This document shows, piece by piece, positions 1-11,392 of a stretch of DNA of 64,000 nucleotides. Source of the DNA: Lama guanicoe (lineage: Eukaryota); the NCBI GenBank assembly GCA_013239625.1, contig MU053561.1, positions 5,692,439 to 5,756,438 on the forward strand, given 5' to 3'. A model generated the notes under the pieces. The model saw only the letters and a program-made list of their open reading frames with translations, was not told where the DNA came from and searched no databases. The translations under genes were made by a program, and so were the position numbers. The first letter of the stretch is position 1. Every line of letters begins with the position of its first letter.

Positions 1-254
1 AGAGGCGCTATGTGTAAAGCAAGGAGAGAGGCCCTAGGGGAAACCAGACCTGCCGACACCTTGATCTTGAACGTCCCAGCCTCTAAAACTGTGAGAAGAC
101 AAACTTCTGTTGTTTAAGAGACCCAGTCTGTGGGACGTTGTGCGGTCCACCAGAAACTGACACAGTGTAACTGACTGTACTTCAATTAAAAAAAAAAAGA
201 AAAAGATACCCGGTCTACAGTATTTTGTTGTGGCCATCCCTGCAAACCAATACA
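1..254 (+). mobile_element. MaLR (MLT1B-like) solo LTR, 3' part, interrupted by a short L1 tail
   Basis: MLT1 3' motifs: cctgccgacaccttgatcttg..ccagcctctaaaactgtgaga..ttctgttgtttaag..ccagtct..tattttgttgtggc..aaaccaataca. Confidence 0.8.
130..202 (+). mobile_element. 5'-truncated L1 3' tail (~70 bp) with TSD
   Basis: caccagaaactgacacagtgtaactgactgtacttcaatt+polyA matches the L1 end at 38875-38946; flanked by aagagacccagtct (116-129) / aagatacccggtct (203-216). Confidence 0.8.
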
Positions 255-589
255 GATAAAATAAATTAATTATACAGCACGATCAGAAAGTGACAAAATA
301 CTGTGGGGAAGAAAAAGAGCAGAAAAGAGGTCAAGGTTACTGGGAAGCAGGGGTATAGACTGCAATGTGACACCGGGCGGTCAGAGTAGGCCACACTCAG
401 ACAGAAAAAGAGAAGCCGTGTGAGAACCGGAAAGGAAGAGGCTGGAGGGTGGGGACTAAGTAGACATGGGTACCCAGAGAGCTTTAATTTTATCAGTAAG
501 GTTTGTGTCTTGAGCTAGAAAGTGGGTTTATTACATTATCATCCATACATTTTGGTTTGCCTGATATATTTCATGTCAGTTTTTTTTAA

Positions 590-930
590 AGATTGGATTT
601 GAAGGGTGGGCAACTGGACACCGGCTGGTTATTATCACAAGAGTGCAGCAGGAGAGGCTAAGACAACAGCAGTGTGGCTGGAGAGGGCAGGCGGGTACCA
701 GCGGTGCAGGGCCTGCGATCCCCAGGATGCTGGGACTGATTGAGTGTGGGAAGTGAGAAAGGGGAAGGCTTTCGGATGACTTGCTGGCCGCTGCACAGGT
801 GTCTGGAGAAAGGCGTGCCATTACCCGTACACAGGACGTGGAGCCATATGGGGTGAGGGGCTGGCAATGGGACCCTGAGCTCAGTCTTGGTGGGATCCTG
901 AGCTCAATTTATTTTTGAGGTCTGCTCGAT
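590..930 (-). mobile_element. L2 LINE fragment (degenerate)
   Basis: L2-like purine-rich text (gactgattgagtgtgggaagtgagaaaggggaagg..ggatgact..ggcgtgccattac). Confidence 0.5.
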
Positions 931-1247
931 GGTCAAAGCCCCCCCCCAAAAAAGGAAAGAGATTAAAGTGTATGTCACATCTATGATTCTGTAAATTTCA
1001 CTCAATGCTTTAGGGTAGCCTCCTTTCTGGGAAGACACCAGGGGTAGGAACCCAGGATCAAGTTGAAATCACATCCCACTGCAAGTCCTCAGGGCTCAGG
1101 CACTGCACACACCCCTGGGTTCCATGCTCAGAACCTCCAGAAAACTGCCTCTCACCCAGACCTCCTCCGAGGCCAATTTCATAAACTGCTAAGAGTATGT
1201 TAGTGTGGGAAGGATCTTACAGAGCAGCTAGCCAAAAGCACCCTCCT

Positions 1248-1645
1248 TCTTTTAAATGAATGTTAAATTCTAGAATAGATTTAGACTGACAGAATAGTTG
1301 CAAAGACAGTACAGAGTTCCCTGATCCCCACACCCAGATTCCTCTATTATTAACATCTTACATTAGTATATTTGTCACAATTAATGAGACAATACTGATA
1401 CATTATTATTAAGAAACATCCACACTTTATTCAGATTTCCTTAGTTTTTACCTCCTGTCCTTTCCCTGGTCCAGGGCCCTATCCAGGATATCCCCTTCCA
1501 TTTAGTCATCATGTCCCTTAGTGTCCTCTTGACCGACAATTTCTCAGACTTTCCTTATTTTAGATGACCTTGAAGATTTTGAAGAGCACTGGTCAGGAAT
1601 TTTGTAGAATGGCCCTCAGTTGGGATTCACCTCATGTTTTCCTCT
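1248..1645 (-). mobile_element. L1MC-type (L1MC1/2-like) 3' UTR
   Basis: tttagactgacagaatagttgcaaagacagtacagagttccc..attaacatcttacattagt..ctggtcaggaattttgtagaatggccctc. Confidence 0.8.
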
Positions 1646-2181
1646 CCTCCCCCCACTTTTTTTAAGTAGCAGAGGCTGCCTCCCTTCCCCTCAAACACAA
1701 GGAGAGAACAGCTGCTGGTTAAAGCCTGAAGTGATGGCGGGGGAGCCTCAGGGTGTCTCCGCAGGACTCTGCAGGGCTCTGAGAAGCCGAGTCTAGAACA
1801 ATCCCGCATTTATAGACCAGGAAGCAGCCCTGCCCAGCCCCCACCCCCTTTCTGGACACTATCTTCCCCGTCACCCACTCTCTCCAGTTCTATACGTTTC
1901 CTTCCCATGTGGATTTCCTGTCTACGGGGAGCTCTCTCATTGTTCTGACCCTCCCCACCTACACACACTTGAATCTATCATTGCTGAGCAAATGTATTTA
2001 CATTCAGGTCCTTCAGCTTAGCAGACAGGTCAGTGGGTCAAGGACCACTTTGAGAAGTTAGCCAGAAAAACACACATTTAACAACACACATTCTTGTTCC
2101 ATCGTTTCAAGGGCCCGCAATCCTCTGTGAATGAAACAGGAGGAATCCCCGAGGCAGGGCAACATGTGGAATAGACACACT

Positions 2182-2560
2182 TACTATGGATCTACGGACT
2201 GAACGTTTTGTCTCCCCAAAACTCATGGATAGAAATCCTAACCCCGCCTCAACCTAATGGTATTTGGAGGTGGGGTCTTGGGAGGCGATCAGGGCATGAG
2301 GGTGGAGCCCTCACAAGTGGGATTAGTGCCCATGTGCAGGAGACCCCAGAGAGCTCTCTCGCCCTCTTGCTGCCATAAGAGGAGACGACGAGTGGGCAGT
2401 CAGCAACCTGGAGGAAAGCCCCGGGCCCTCTCCAGAATCTGACCACGGTGGCTCCCTGATCTCAGACTTCCAGCCTCCAGGACTGAGACATAGATTTCTG
2501 TTGTTTATAAACCACCCAGTCTGTGGAGCTTTGCTACCACAGCCTGAACAGGCCAAGACA
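2182..2560 (+). mobile_element. MLT1A/MLT1A0 MaLR solo LTR, near full length
   Basis: ccccaaaactcat..gaaatcctaacccc..ggtatttggaggtggggtc..gagggtggagccctc..cagacttccagcctccag..cagcctgaacaggccaagaca. Confidence 0.88.
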
Positions 2561-2619
2561 GCTTTCTCAGTGAAATGAGACGGGTCTCCCCAGTACCTTT
2601 AGATGCGTGGGCGCACCCA

Positions 2620-2850
2620 GAACACTCAGGCTTGTCCAAGCCAGGCCCCCAGTGTCCAGCAGACGCAGGCTAATGAATCCTCTTACTAGTGTCGTCACCT
2701 TGCTGAGCCCTCTGTGTTCCCTTTTACACTCTGTAAAGCGAGGGAAACGTGCAACACAGAGGTCGTGGTGAGGACGGAGTGAGACAAAGCCCAGCGCAGG
2801 CAGCGTCCGGGCGACCTCAGCAGACACTGGTATTATTACTGTTGTCAGTG
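2620..2850 (+). mobile_element. MIR SINE
   Basis: Core cttactagtgtcgtcaccttgctgag..ctctgtg..ctgtaaagcgaggg..gtcgtggtgaggacggagtgaga and tattatt tail. Confidence 0.65.
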
Positions 2851-3145
2851 GTGCTGTTGTTGTTGTTACCAGGCATAAACAACACAGCCGCTCCTTTTTT
2901 TCCCGTGCTGGTCTCACTCACCAGCAGACCACGGGTGGAATAACACCCAGATCTAACGCTTTTCTAGGATCTGTAGCATTTGAGGCAGTGACCAAAGGGG
3001 AGCATTTCTCAGCTGGCTGAGGCCCAGGTTGCAGCTCAAAGCTCAAAATAACCCTTGAAGACAGAGGGCACTTAGCGCTTCATCTGGATTGCCTCGGCTG
3101 GAGACGGGTGCCGAGGGAAGGTCTCAGCATGTCCTTCTGCTGAGC

Positions 3146-3440
3146 CGTGTGCTCTTCAAACTGCGGGCTGCAGCCCATCAATGGATACTGAAATCAACAC
3201 AGTTGGTCATGACTGCCCCCCTGCCCCCAAAAAAAGAAAGGAAAAAGAAGGAAATAGACTGAACTCGAACAGAAAATATCAGATGGCATCATTTGTAGAA
3301 AGAATAATATTGTTTCAGGAAATCTATTTTGCTTGCATGCGTGTGGGTGTGTGTGTGGGTATGGGTGTGTGCGTGTCTGCTGGGTCATGCTGTAAAATGT
3401 CTTTCTACAGTCAGAAGTCAAAAACTTTAAAGAGCCCCTT
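3146..3440. mobile_element. non-autonomous hAT-Charlie-type DNA transposon
   Basis: Starts gtgctcttcaaactgcgggctgcagcccat, ends gtcaaaaactttaaagagcccct; resembles Charlie MITE termini. Confidence 0.55.
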
Positions 3441-4479
3441 CTCTGCAGCATGTGATAGAATGAGGTCTGGGGGATCTATAAAGTGCACCCCAAGGAACAA
3501 GAGAGAAGGGAGAGCTTTTAGGGCTAAGAAAGTCAGGGCTAAGGGTAGGGCCTGGGAGTGGAAGGTGCTGGAATCTGTCACCACCACAGCCCCACCCATC
3601 CCGCAGGTTATTATTTTATCCTCTTCTGCCTCCTTTTAGAAATGAACAGTTAAAAATACACACCGACCTCTTAAACAATGAGGACTTGTGTGTTTGTCTG
3701 CAGGGGCAGCAAGGAGATTGGAGGACCATGTCCTGTCCTGCAGCCGGTGCTGCGGGGCCCAAAGCCCCAGGGACAGAGTGGGAGGCAGCGGCTTTAACAG
3801 GACAGGATGATGGCAGCGAGACTCTGGGCCTAAGAGGAGGGTCTGATCCACTGGCACCTCCCCTCCTGTGGCTCCTCCTGCCCTCAGGGTGGAGTCGAAA
3901 CAGATCGCTTCACCGGCCTGGCCCTTGGATTCTCTCCAGCATCGCCTCACTCCCTCCAGGTACTCCAGAGTCCAGACAGCCTGAATTACTTCCCAGACCA
4001 TCACGCTGCCCTGCGATGCCTCAGTTTTATTAAATGAATAGGTAGAGAAGCAAAGGTCAGCTCTCCTGAGGTCAAGTTCTGTTTGCTCTGGCAGGCTCTG
4101 TAGCAAGAATTTCCAGGAATCTGAGCCATGAGGGGCTGGGGAGAGCAGGAAATGCTAGTCCAAGGACAGATATGAGTCAGAGAGGCCGGGAGACCACACC
4201 AAGTCAGAGCTGGCCCTGCCTGGCCGGATGGTCCTGCAGAACAGGCTGCGGCAGCTTTTCCGCCTTTGATGGTCCTGGCTGTGCAGGGGCCGCGGGGGCC
4301 CAGCTCCTGTCCCCTGGGGAACCTTAAAGGAACTTCAGGACCTCTGACTCCAGGTTCAAAGGTGGGAAAGTCCAAGGTGTGTTTGGGGCATGGGAAAGCG
4401 AGCAAACGGTGAAGGAAGGGGCAGAGAGGCCAGGGTGGGGGGTGGCCTGGAAGGCCAGCTCAGGGGACAGGTCTTGTCC

Positions 4480-4650
4480 AAAGCCATGGGAGACCACCAC
4501 AGGGGGAGGTGGGCTGCAACCATTGCCCTCTATAATTGCAAATTTTTGAAAAATTGCACACAAATTTTGGTATGTTTTTCTAGGAAAAAGACTATAGTTT
4601 TCATCAGATCCTCAGAAATGTTGTGGCTGCAAACAGTAGACAAACCCTGT
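4480..4650. mobile_element. hAT-Charlie MITE fragment (MER103/Charlie4z-like)
   Basis: tttttctaggaaaaagactatagttttcatcagatcctcagaa resembles the Charlie4z/MER103 terminus. Confidence 0.45.
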
Positions 4651-5009
4651 GTTGGAGGCTTTTGAGCAGGTCTTGGGACTATCGCTCTGGCAACGGTGTG
4701 CATGGGAGAACGGAGTTTCCCAAGGTTCCCTGGTGGAAAAACGTGTTTCATGGCAAGACGTGCGTAAATATTTGTGATCTGACATTTGTTTGCTTAATAA
4801 GATTGCCTGCCTCTCCACCTAAGAGTTAGAATTTTTATTTTCCAATAGAAGCGGCCCCCACTGGGATCCACATGTGTATAATGTTCACAGGGACCTCGAA
4901 AGGAAAGATTCTTTTCTTTGCTCCTTACCCCCTAGCAGACTTTGACTCTGCCTGGAGCCCCCTGCCACAGGCCCTGCTTCTCACCTCATTCCAGGCTGGT
5001 CCAATGCCA

Positions 5010-5200
5010 GGACATTTATTTGTTCATCCGACAAATCTTTTTTTGAGGGCTGACCATGGCTAAGCATTGCACTAGGTAGTGAGTAAGGCCTGCACCTTGA
5101 CCTCAAGTAAAACTCAAGGCAGTGGGGGAGACAGATGGGAATCAGGTCACTGCAGCAGGTGCTGAAGGGAACAAATGCGGGGTTCCACTCCAGCACGGGG
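5010..5200 (-). mobile_element. L2 3' end
   Basis: catttatttgttcatccgacaaatctttttttgagggctgaccatg is the reverse of the L2 terminus. Confidence 0.55.
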
Positions 5201-5392
5201 GAGGGGACAAGCTGGCCTGAGCCATCTGTGGCAGGACTAACCACAGCAAGTTGGAATGCAAGGCCACCGAGATGAAGCCTCATCTTCTCTCTTTGCCAAA
5301 ATGCCTAGCGATCCCACTGAATTTGACTTTCCTCACATATGCAGATGAACCCCACTTAGGCCCTCCGTAATCGAAGACCAACCACTATTGGC

Positions 5393-5395
<3 letters not shown>

Positions 5396-5430
<35 letters not shown>
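5396..5430. repeat. (TG)17 microsatellite
   Basis: Perfect TG run. Confidence 0.97.
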
Positions 5431-5434
<4 letters not shown>

Positions 5435-6816
5435 CCCTTTTCCTTATAGGTTCTAGGATGTGGAGGGATGAAGGAGCTGGCCTCAAGAGAAACTCAAAAT
5501 GTGTTGTTAATGTCATAAAGTTCATCGCTTTGAAGAATCAGGACATTTGGTTCTCTTCTTCCCAGGGGTGTCCAGCGGCAGATGCCTCTTCTCCTGTTCA
5601 TGTCTCTGCTGACATCTGTGCCTGGATCTCCGGGGCAGAGGTCCCCTGATAGCACACCCCTCCCTCCCTAGGAGCAGTACCGGGGGCGATGGTGAGGCAT
5701 GCTGCCCTTCTCTTTTCTGTCCTGTTTCCTAACGCTCCACCCCACCATAACTGCACCATCGGTCCTTAATGTGTCAGACTTATCTGAATGGCTGGGGATG
5801 AACAGGGGCAACTGTCCATCAGACGGAATCCACTTCATATGATTCTCCACCTGATCCGAGAGGAAGGCATCAGAGAAGTCCAACCCTGCATAAGGAAGCC
5901 CCACAGGGACTCCTGAATTTCTCAACTTGCTCTCCTACCTTCAGCTCCCACCTCTTCCAGGCCACAATGCAAATTTCCACCCTCCTTTTTAAGGAGTCCC
6001 ATTTCCTACCCACAAGGTTGGTTTCGCCCTAGAACACGTCTTCTTCTCCCTAGGTGGATATGGTCATTCCTGGAGGTACTTCTGCCAGAGTCTGCTGGAC
6101 CTGCTCCCTCTACACTAATACCAGAGCTGGGATGAGGTTGGGGCTGTAGGGGAGGAGTAACGGATGACCCACCAGCTGGGACTGAGAGCTCCTGCTCAGT
6201 GGCTGGTACAGAATGTGGCTTCTTCCTGTGCATCAGCATGGTAACCATCATTCAGATACAAATACGTCTCCTAAAGACAAACTTTAATTCTCAGAAAAGG
6301 TGGTCTAGATCCACATGAAGGGAGGCAATCTTTGCTCTAAGTACAACATCATCTGCACAGATCCCTGCCCGCGATGGATCCAGCAGTCACCATGCAGGGC
6401 GATGTTCGTCCCTTGGGCTGCTCCCCCTCCCCCAACCTGGCTTCTAGGCCTCTGAGCCTACAGAAGTCAACATGCACTTTGCTGTACTATGTGATAATAG
6501 TCAATTCTGCTATAGAAAATAAGAACAACAAATGAGATGGGTGCAATTCATAGGAAGTCTTAAGTAGAGATAGAAAGCAAGTAGTTTATGAGCTATGAGC
6601 AAAACACATGTATTTAAAACAGACAGTAAGTTAGTAACCTGTAAACATGGAGAGAAGATAGATAGAAAGGGATGGAGAGACCAAGTCATAAGGTGCAAAG
6701 CATGTCAGGCTGATAGCTAAGTCATCCTCAAAATGGCCAATCTGAAGACCCCCATATTGGTCCCACTTCAGCCTCATGTGTGCTCTGCCCTAGAAATGAA
6801 GATCAAACTGTTGGCT

Positions 6817-7440
6817 GAAGACATGGAAATAACCTAAATGTCCATCGACAGATGAATGGATAAAGAAGTTATGGTACACATATACAATGGGATATTACTC
6901 AGTCATAAAAAAGAATGAAATAATGCTATTTGCAGCAACATGGATGGACCTAGAGATTACCAAGTCAGACAGAGTAAGACAAATATCATATGATGTCATT
7001 TATATGTGGAATCTAAAAAAAAGTACAAATTTTATGTGCAAGCCAGAAATAGACTCACAGACATAGAATACAAACTGTGGTTACCAGGGGGGAAAGGTGG
7101 TGGGGAGAGATAGTTTAGGAGTTTGGGATTAACAGACACATATTACTATATATAAAATAGATAAACAACAAGGACCTACTGTATAACACAGGGATCTATA
7201 GTCAACTTCTTGTAATGAGCTGTAATATATGCTCTGAAACTGAAAAGAAACTGAAAATGTGTGTGTATGTATGCATATATATATATATATACACATATAT
7301 ATATACATATATATATATATATACACATATATATATATATAAACTGAATTGCTTTGCTGTACACCTGAAACTAACATTGTAGATCAACTACACTTCAGTA
7401 AAAAATAAGAATCAAAACAAACAAACAAACAAACAAAAAA
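6817..7440 (+). mobile_element. 5'-truncated L1 (ORF2 end + 3'UTR + A-rich tail)
   Basis: aacctaaatgtccatcgacagatgaatggataaagaag..gcagcaacatggatggacctagag..; internal (TA/CA)n at 7260-7341; (AAAC)n tail. Confidence 0.93.
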
Positions 7441-7558
7441 CCCCCTGGCTATAGAACAGGCTGATCAGTGAGCTGCATCTATTGGCCAGGTGTCCTCAGC
7501 CCTGTGACTGATAGAGCATGTATGTGTTGGCTCCAGGCCGAGGCCATATGTTCAACCT

Positions 7559-8070
7559 TGTATTAATCAGGGTTCTCCGGAGAAACAGAACCAATGAAGT
7601 ATGTGTGTGTGTACATATATATATTTGTATATAGAGAGATGTACTATAGATATGTAGATATATATATGTACATATGTGTGGAGAGAGAGATTTATTTTAA
7701 AGAATTGGCTTATGTGATTATGGAGGCTGGCTAGTTCAACATCTGCAGGGTAGCCCAGCAAGATGGAGACCCATGGAAGATTTGCTGTTTGAGTCTGAAG
7801 GCAGAATTCCTTCTCTGTCTGGAGAGGTCTTTTTCTTAAGGCCTTCAGCCAATTAGATGAGGCCCACCCACCTTATGGAGGGCAATCTGTTTTGTTCAAA
7901 GTCTACTGATTCAAATGTCTTTCTTCTTTTTTTATTGAAGTATAGTCAGTTTACACTGATTTAAATGTTAATCTCCTTCAAAATATACCTTCACAGAAAT
8001 ATCTACAATATTCTTTGACTGAACAGCTGGGTACTGTAGCCTAGCCAAGGTGACATGATTAACTATCATG
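7559..8070 (-). mobile_element. MLT2B-type ERVL solo LTR
   Basis: tgtattaatcagggttctccggagaaacagaaccaat..gaattggcttatgtgattatggaggctgg..gcctagccaaggtgaca; 5-bp TSD aacct/aatct. Confidence 0.88.
7919..7954 (-). mobile_element. 36-bp L1 3' tail with 14-bp TSD
   Basis: Reverse complement gtaaactgactatacttcaataaaaaaagaagaaag; TSD actgattcaaatgt (7905-7918) / actgatttaaatgt (7955-7968). Confidence 0.82.
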
Positions 8071-9933
8071 AATCTCACCTCTGGTTCCCATAACTTCTCC
8101 AACATTGGGCAAGGCTGAAGAAGCTGAGAAAGAGACAGAAGTGTGAGCACTGCACAACCAGGAGTCAGACAGAGTGGTCCTTCTACCCCATCTGCACCCT
8201 CCCCTAAGTGTGCTAACCTGCCTTATTTCTTTCCCTTTGCTTCCTGTAAGTTTTAAATGGATTTAATAAAGTGTTACTGGAGTTTGTTCATTGGATCTGT
8301 GAGCCTTTTCTTCCCTTCCTTAGCTTACCTGGTAGTGGACTGGGAAGGTACCATTGCCTAAGGTAATTTCTCACATGACAATACCCAAACACCTGGTATC
8401 AGCTTTGCAATGACATTTTTCTGCACCTTAAGCTACATCCATTTTTATTGTTTGTGGGCAGTGTGGATGGGAATGGGAGGATCAAAACCCTCCTATCCAT
8501 CAATGGCTTAATGGGTTTTATTCTTCTCCTTATAAAACTCTCCATATATATTTGATTGTGTTTTTCAGGGACTGGAGGACTGGGGAGAAACTGTGAAATT
8601 ATCTTCTGTCCTGCAGGAGTTGGTTCTTAGGAAGGGCAGGTACCCTAGTCAGGGGTTCTGATCAAAAACAGAAAACACGAGCAGAAGTTCCCAGATCCAT
8701 TCCCCTCTCCAGCTCCTCCGTTAGGAGCCTCAGCCCCAGGTCATCATGGAAGTTGTTTCTACACTGGAAACGGAGTCTTTGCTCTCCTGACGTTACAGGG
8801 TGTGTCCAGGCAGTGGGGGTGGCACGCACTGGGAATTAAGCTCCTTAAAAGCAGGGACTTGTTTTTCTCCGAACCCCCAGCACCTACATCCTGCCTGGCA
8901 CATTTACAGATGCTCAGTGCAAATTTGCTAAATTGAAAAGGAGTCGGAGGGAGAGCCTGCCAACTGGCCTGCAGTGAGGAGAGATTTGTTTCTGACATCC
9001 CACGTTGGGAATCTGAATGCAACTTTCCCTAGAAGTGCCACATGGTGACTACGCTCCCATTAGTACCATGGCTTGGCCCTGAAGGAGTTAAGTAGGCTTT
9101 TGTCTACTAGGGACATAATGAGCATATATAACCCTATTTTCCTGTGGGATATACATTACAAAATTTAGCAAGCTTTCTTTCGGAATTAACTTATTTATAA
9201 ATGGAGAACTGTCTGTACACATTCACCCCCATTGTCAGCAGGCCCCAAAATTCAAGTGTGTCCATATACTGGTGAGTATAAGGGAAAGGGTTCACGTTCA
9301 TGAATTCCGTCATCTCCCTCCACCCGAGGTGTGTGCAGTGATTTTACACTCCATCCTGTGCCTTGTAACTTAGGTGCCATAACAGCCCAGGGTACAAATC
9401 GCTCCTTATTTTTGCACCTTCTTCTCAGTGTACACCGTCAGCCCTCAGTACGTTGCAAATGCAAGAAATAATCACCACATTGCTTCTTAGAAGAGACTTA
9501 CTTCCCACTCACACCTTCTCCCAGGAAAGTGGGAGGGGTGGCCTGTGAAGGGTGGGTGATGGGGGAGAACGTGTACAGCTGTGCTCACAGCCCCCACCCC
9601 ACCCCTCCACAGCACATCCACTCCTTCTTAATGAGCAGGAGCCCATAAACAAATATCCTTTTTCTACTGTTCACTGAAATGATCCCTCCTGGCTCAACCC
9701 TCTAGTCTTAGCAGTAGAAGAGAGGTTTCTGCTTTTCAGAATGAATGTTGTTGGGGAGGTGGGGGTAGGGTGGGATACACTTTATTAGAGACTAAATGTT
9801 TTGAATGAATGGAACATGCTAAATGTGAACTGGAACACTTTCTATAGCATAAAGCCCATGCAAACCTTTTAAAAGTGGCCTGGCAAACGGGTTCCAGAGA
9901 ATATTTCTGCAGCTCCACATTTTTGAGTTAGAT

Positions 9934-10140
9934 TAGTGGTTCTCAGCTGGGGACAGTTTTGTCTCCCAGAAGACATTTGGCCATTTTTGGAGACATTTTT
10001 GGTTCTGATGACTGAGAGGGAGGAGCAGAGGCCAGAGACTCTGCTGAATACCCTACAGCGCACAGGGCAGCCCCTCTACCCCCTACAATGAAGAATGATC
10101 CAGCACAAAACGTCAGTGGTGCCGAGACTGAGAAACCTGA
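9934..10140 (+). mobile_element. MER20 (hAT-Charlie MITE)
   Basis: tagtggttctcagctggggacagttttgtctcccag..ggagacatttttggtt..gaggccagagactctgctgaataccctacagcgcacagg..gagaaacct. Confidence 0.88.
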
Positions 10141-10514
10141 GAAACCTTAAACTAGATGGATATATGCAGTCTGTGTGTCAACACTATGATATTATCTAGG
10201 AAAACATCCGGAGACCATTAACAAACCTAATATTTGCAAAGATTACATTGTATAAAAAGGCAAATGACTTTCTTCCGAATTTTATTTCCTTATCATTGGT
10301 TTACCATACAGGTTTTTACAGCATGATTTAAGAATTTTTAAGTTTAAAAAAAATTTTTTTAAGTTTTCCCTAATGTTTGATCTCTCACTATTAACCATTT
10401 TCCACAAATAAATCACGTTTTTATTACTCAAAGCGAGTAATTATTGAGGGAACAGAAGAAAAACTACAAAGTGTCTTGAGATAAAGTGGCTGGCTTATTC
10501 ACCAACTAAGTGAC

Positions 10515-11057
10515 TGCAGCAGATTGTATTTTCTGACAATGACAGCCTCAGTGTCCCCCATCCTTCACGCTCTTCTAATAATGTGACTTTGGCATTCCTC
10601 CCATCGAGAGGTGGGGCCTCTGTTCCCCCCGTTGAATCTGGGAGAGGTTATGACTATGGCACAAGTGAAACTACATGACTTCTGAGGCTAGGTCATAAAA
10701 GGAATACAGCTTCCTCTTGGTTCTCTTGAAACCTACCCACCATGCTCTGAGGAAGCACAAGCAGCCACATATGTAAGTGTTCTGGCCAAGAGCCCCAGTT
10801 GAGGAGCTGAGGTTCCAGCTGAAAGTCAGACAGGTGAGTGAGCAAATCTTCAGGTGGTTTCTGGCCTCAGCCACTGAGTCACCCTCAGTCCTCCGGCCTT
10901 CTCAACTAAGGGTCTGGTCTTTGTAAAACAGATACAAGCTGTTCTCAGCATGCCCTTTCCAAATCCCCCATCCACGGAATCCATAAGTATAATCAAATTG
11001 TTATTTTAAGCCACAAAGATTCGGAATAATTGCTATGTAGTAAAATATAAGTGCAAC
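10515..11057 (+). mobile_element. MLT1G/H-type MaLR solo LTR
   Basis: ctcccatcgagaggtggggc..gacttctgaggctaggtcataaaagg..ccaccatgctctgaggaagc..gttattttaagccac. Confidence 0.8.
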
Positions 11058-11207
11058 TGTAAGTCTTCCTCAAATATATGTAGAATTTATCTTGCAATAA
11101 AGCTTTTAAATTACTATACATCACTGATTTGGGAGGAAATTTGATATGTGGCCAAAACAACAAATTCTAAATTTTAACGTCAAAGATTTTCTACCAAAAT
11201 GGTAACT

Positions 11208-11392
11208 AAGTGGCAAACATGCAATCACTCTCCTATCCTATACGTAAGGCAGATGTCACTAATTAATCATAGAACTATTTCTTAGTGAGCAAGGATCCAG
11301 TCTTAAAACCCTCTCAACAAAGACCTCAGCAAAGCATGTGAGCAATCACATGATTGGGACTGGCACACAATTTGAAACTTCTTTGCCATCCT
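11208..11392 (-). mobile_element. hAT MITE (MER117-like)
   Basis: Termini gtggcaaa..tttgccatcc; internal ggcagatgtcactaattaatca and ctggcacac..gaaac. Confidence 0.55.

Larger units (their letters stand above)
6703..8380 (+). mobile_element. old solo LTR (ERVL/Gypsy-type, family unassigned) split by L1 and MLT2 insertions
   Basis: Inverted termini TGTCA (6703)..TGACA (8380); AATAAA at ~8265; about 530 bp once inserts are removed. Confidence 0.5.

Noticed and set aside
868..906. Direct repeat ggga(c/t)cctgagctca
   Set aside because: Simple local duplication; two copies only, like those at 10131 and 47043
3181..4405. Several 115-156 aa ORFs
   Set aside because: Overlapping on both strands in GC-rich or repeat DNA, with no domain or exon structure; expected by chance
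9076..9091. piggyBac-like terminus (TTAA-CTCCTTCAGGG on minus)
   Set aside because: No matching second terminus found
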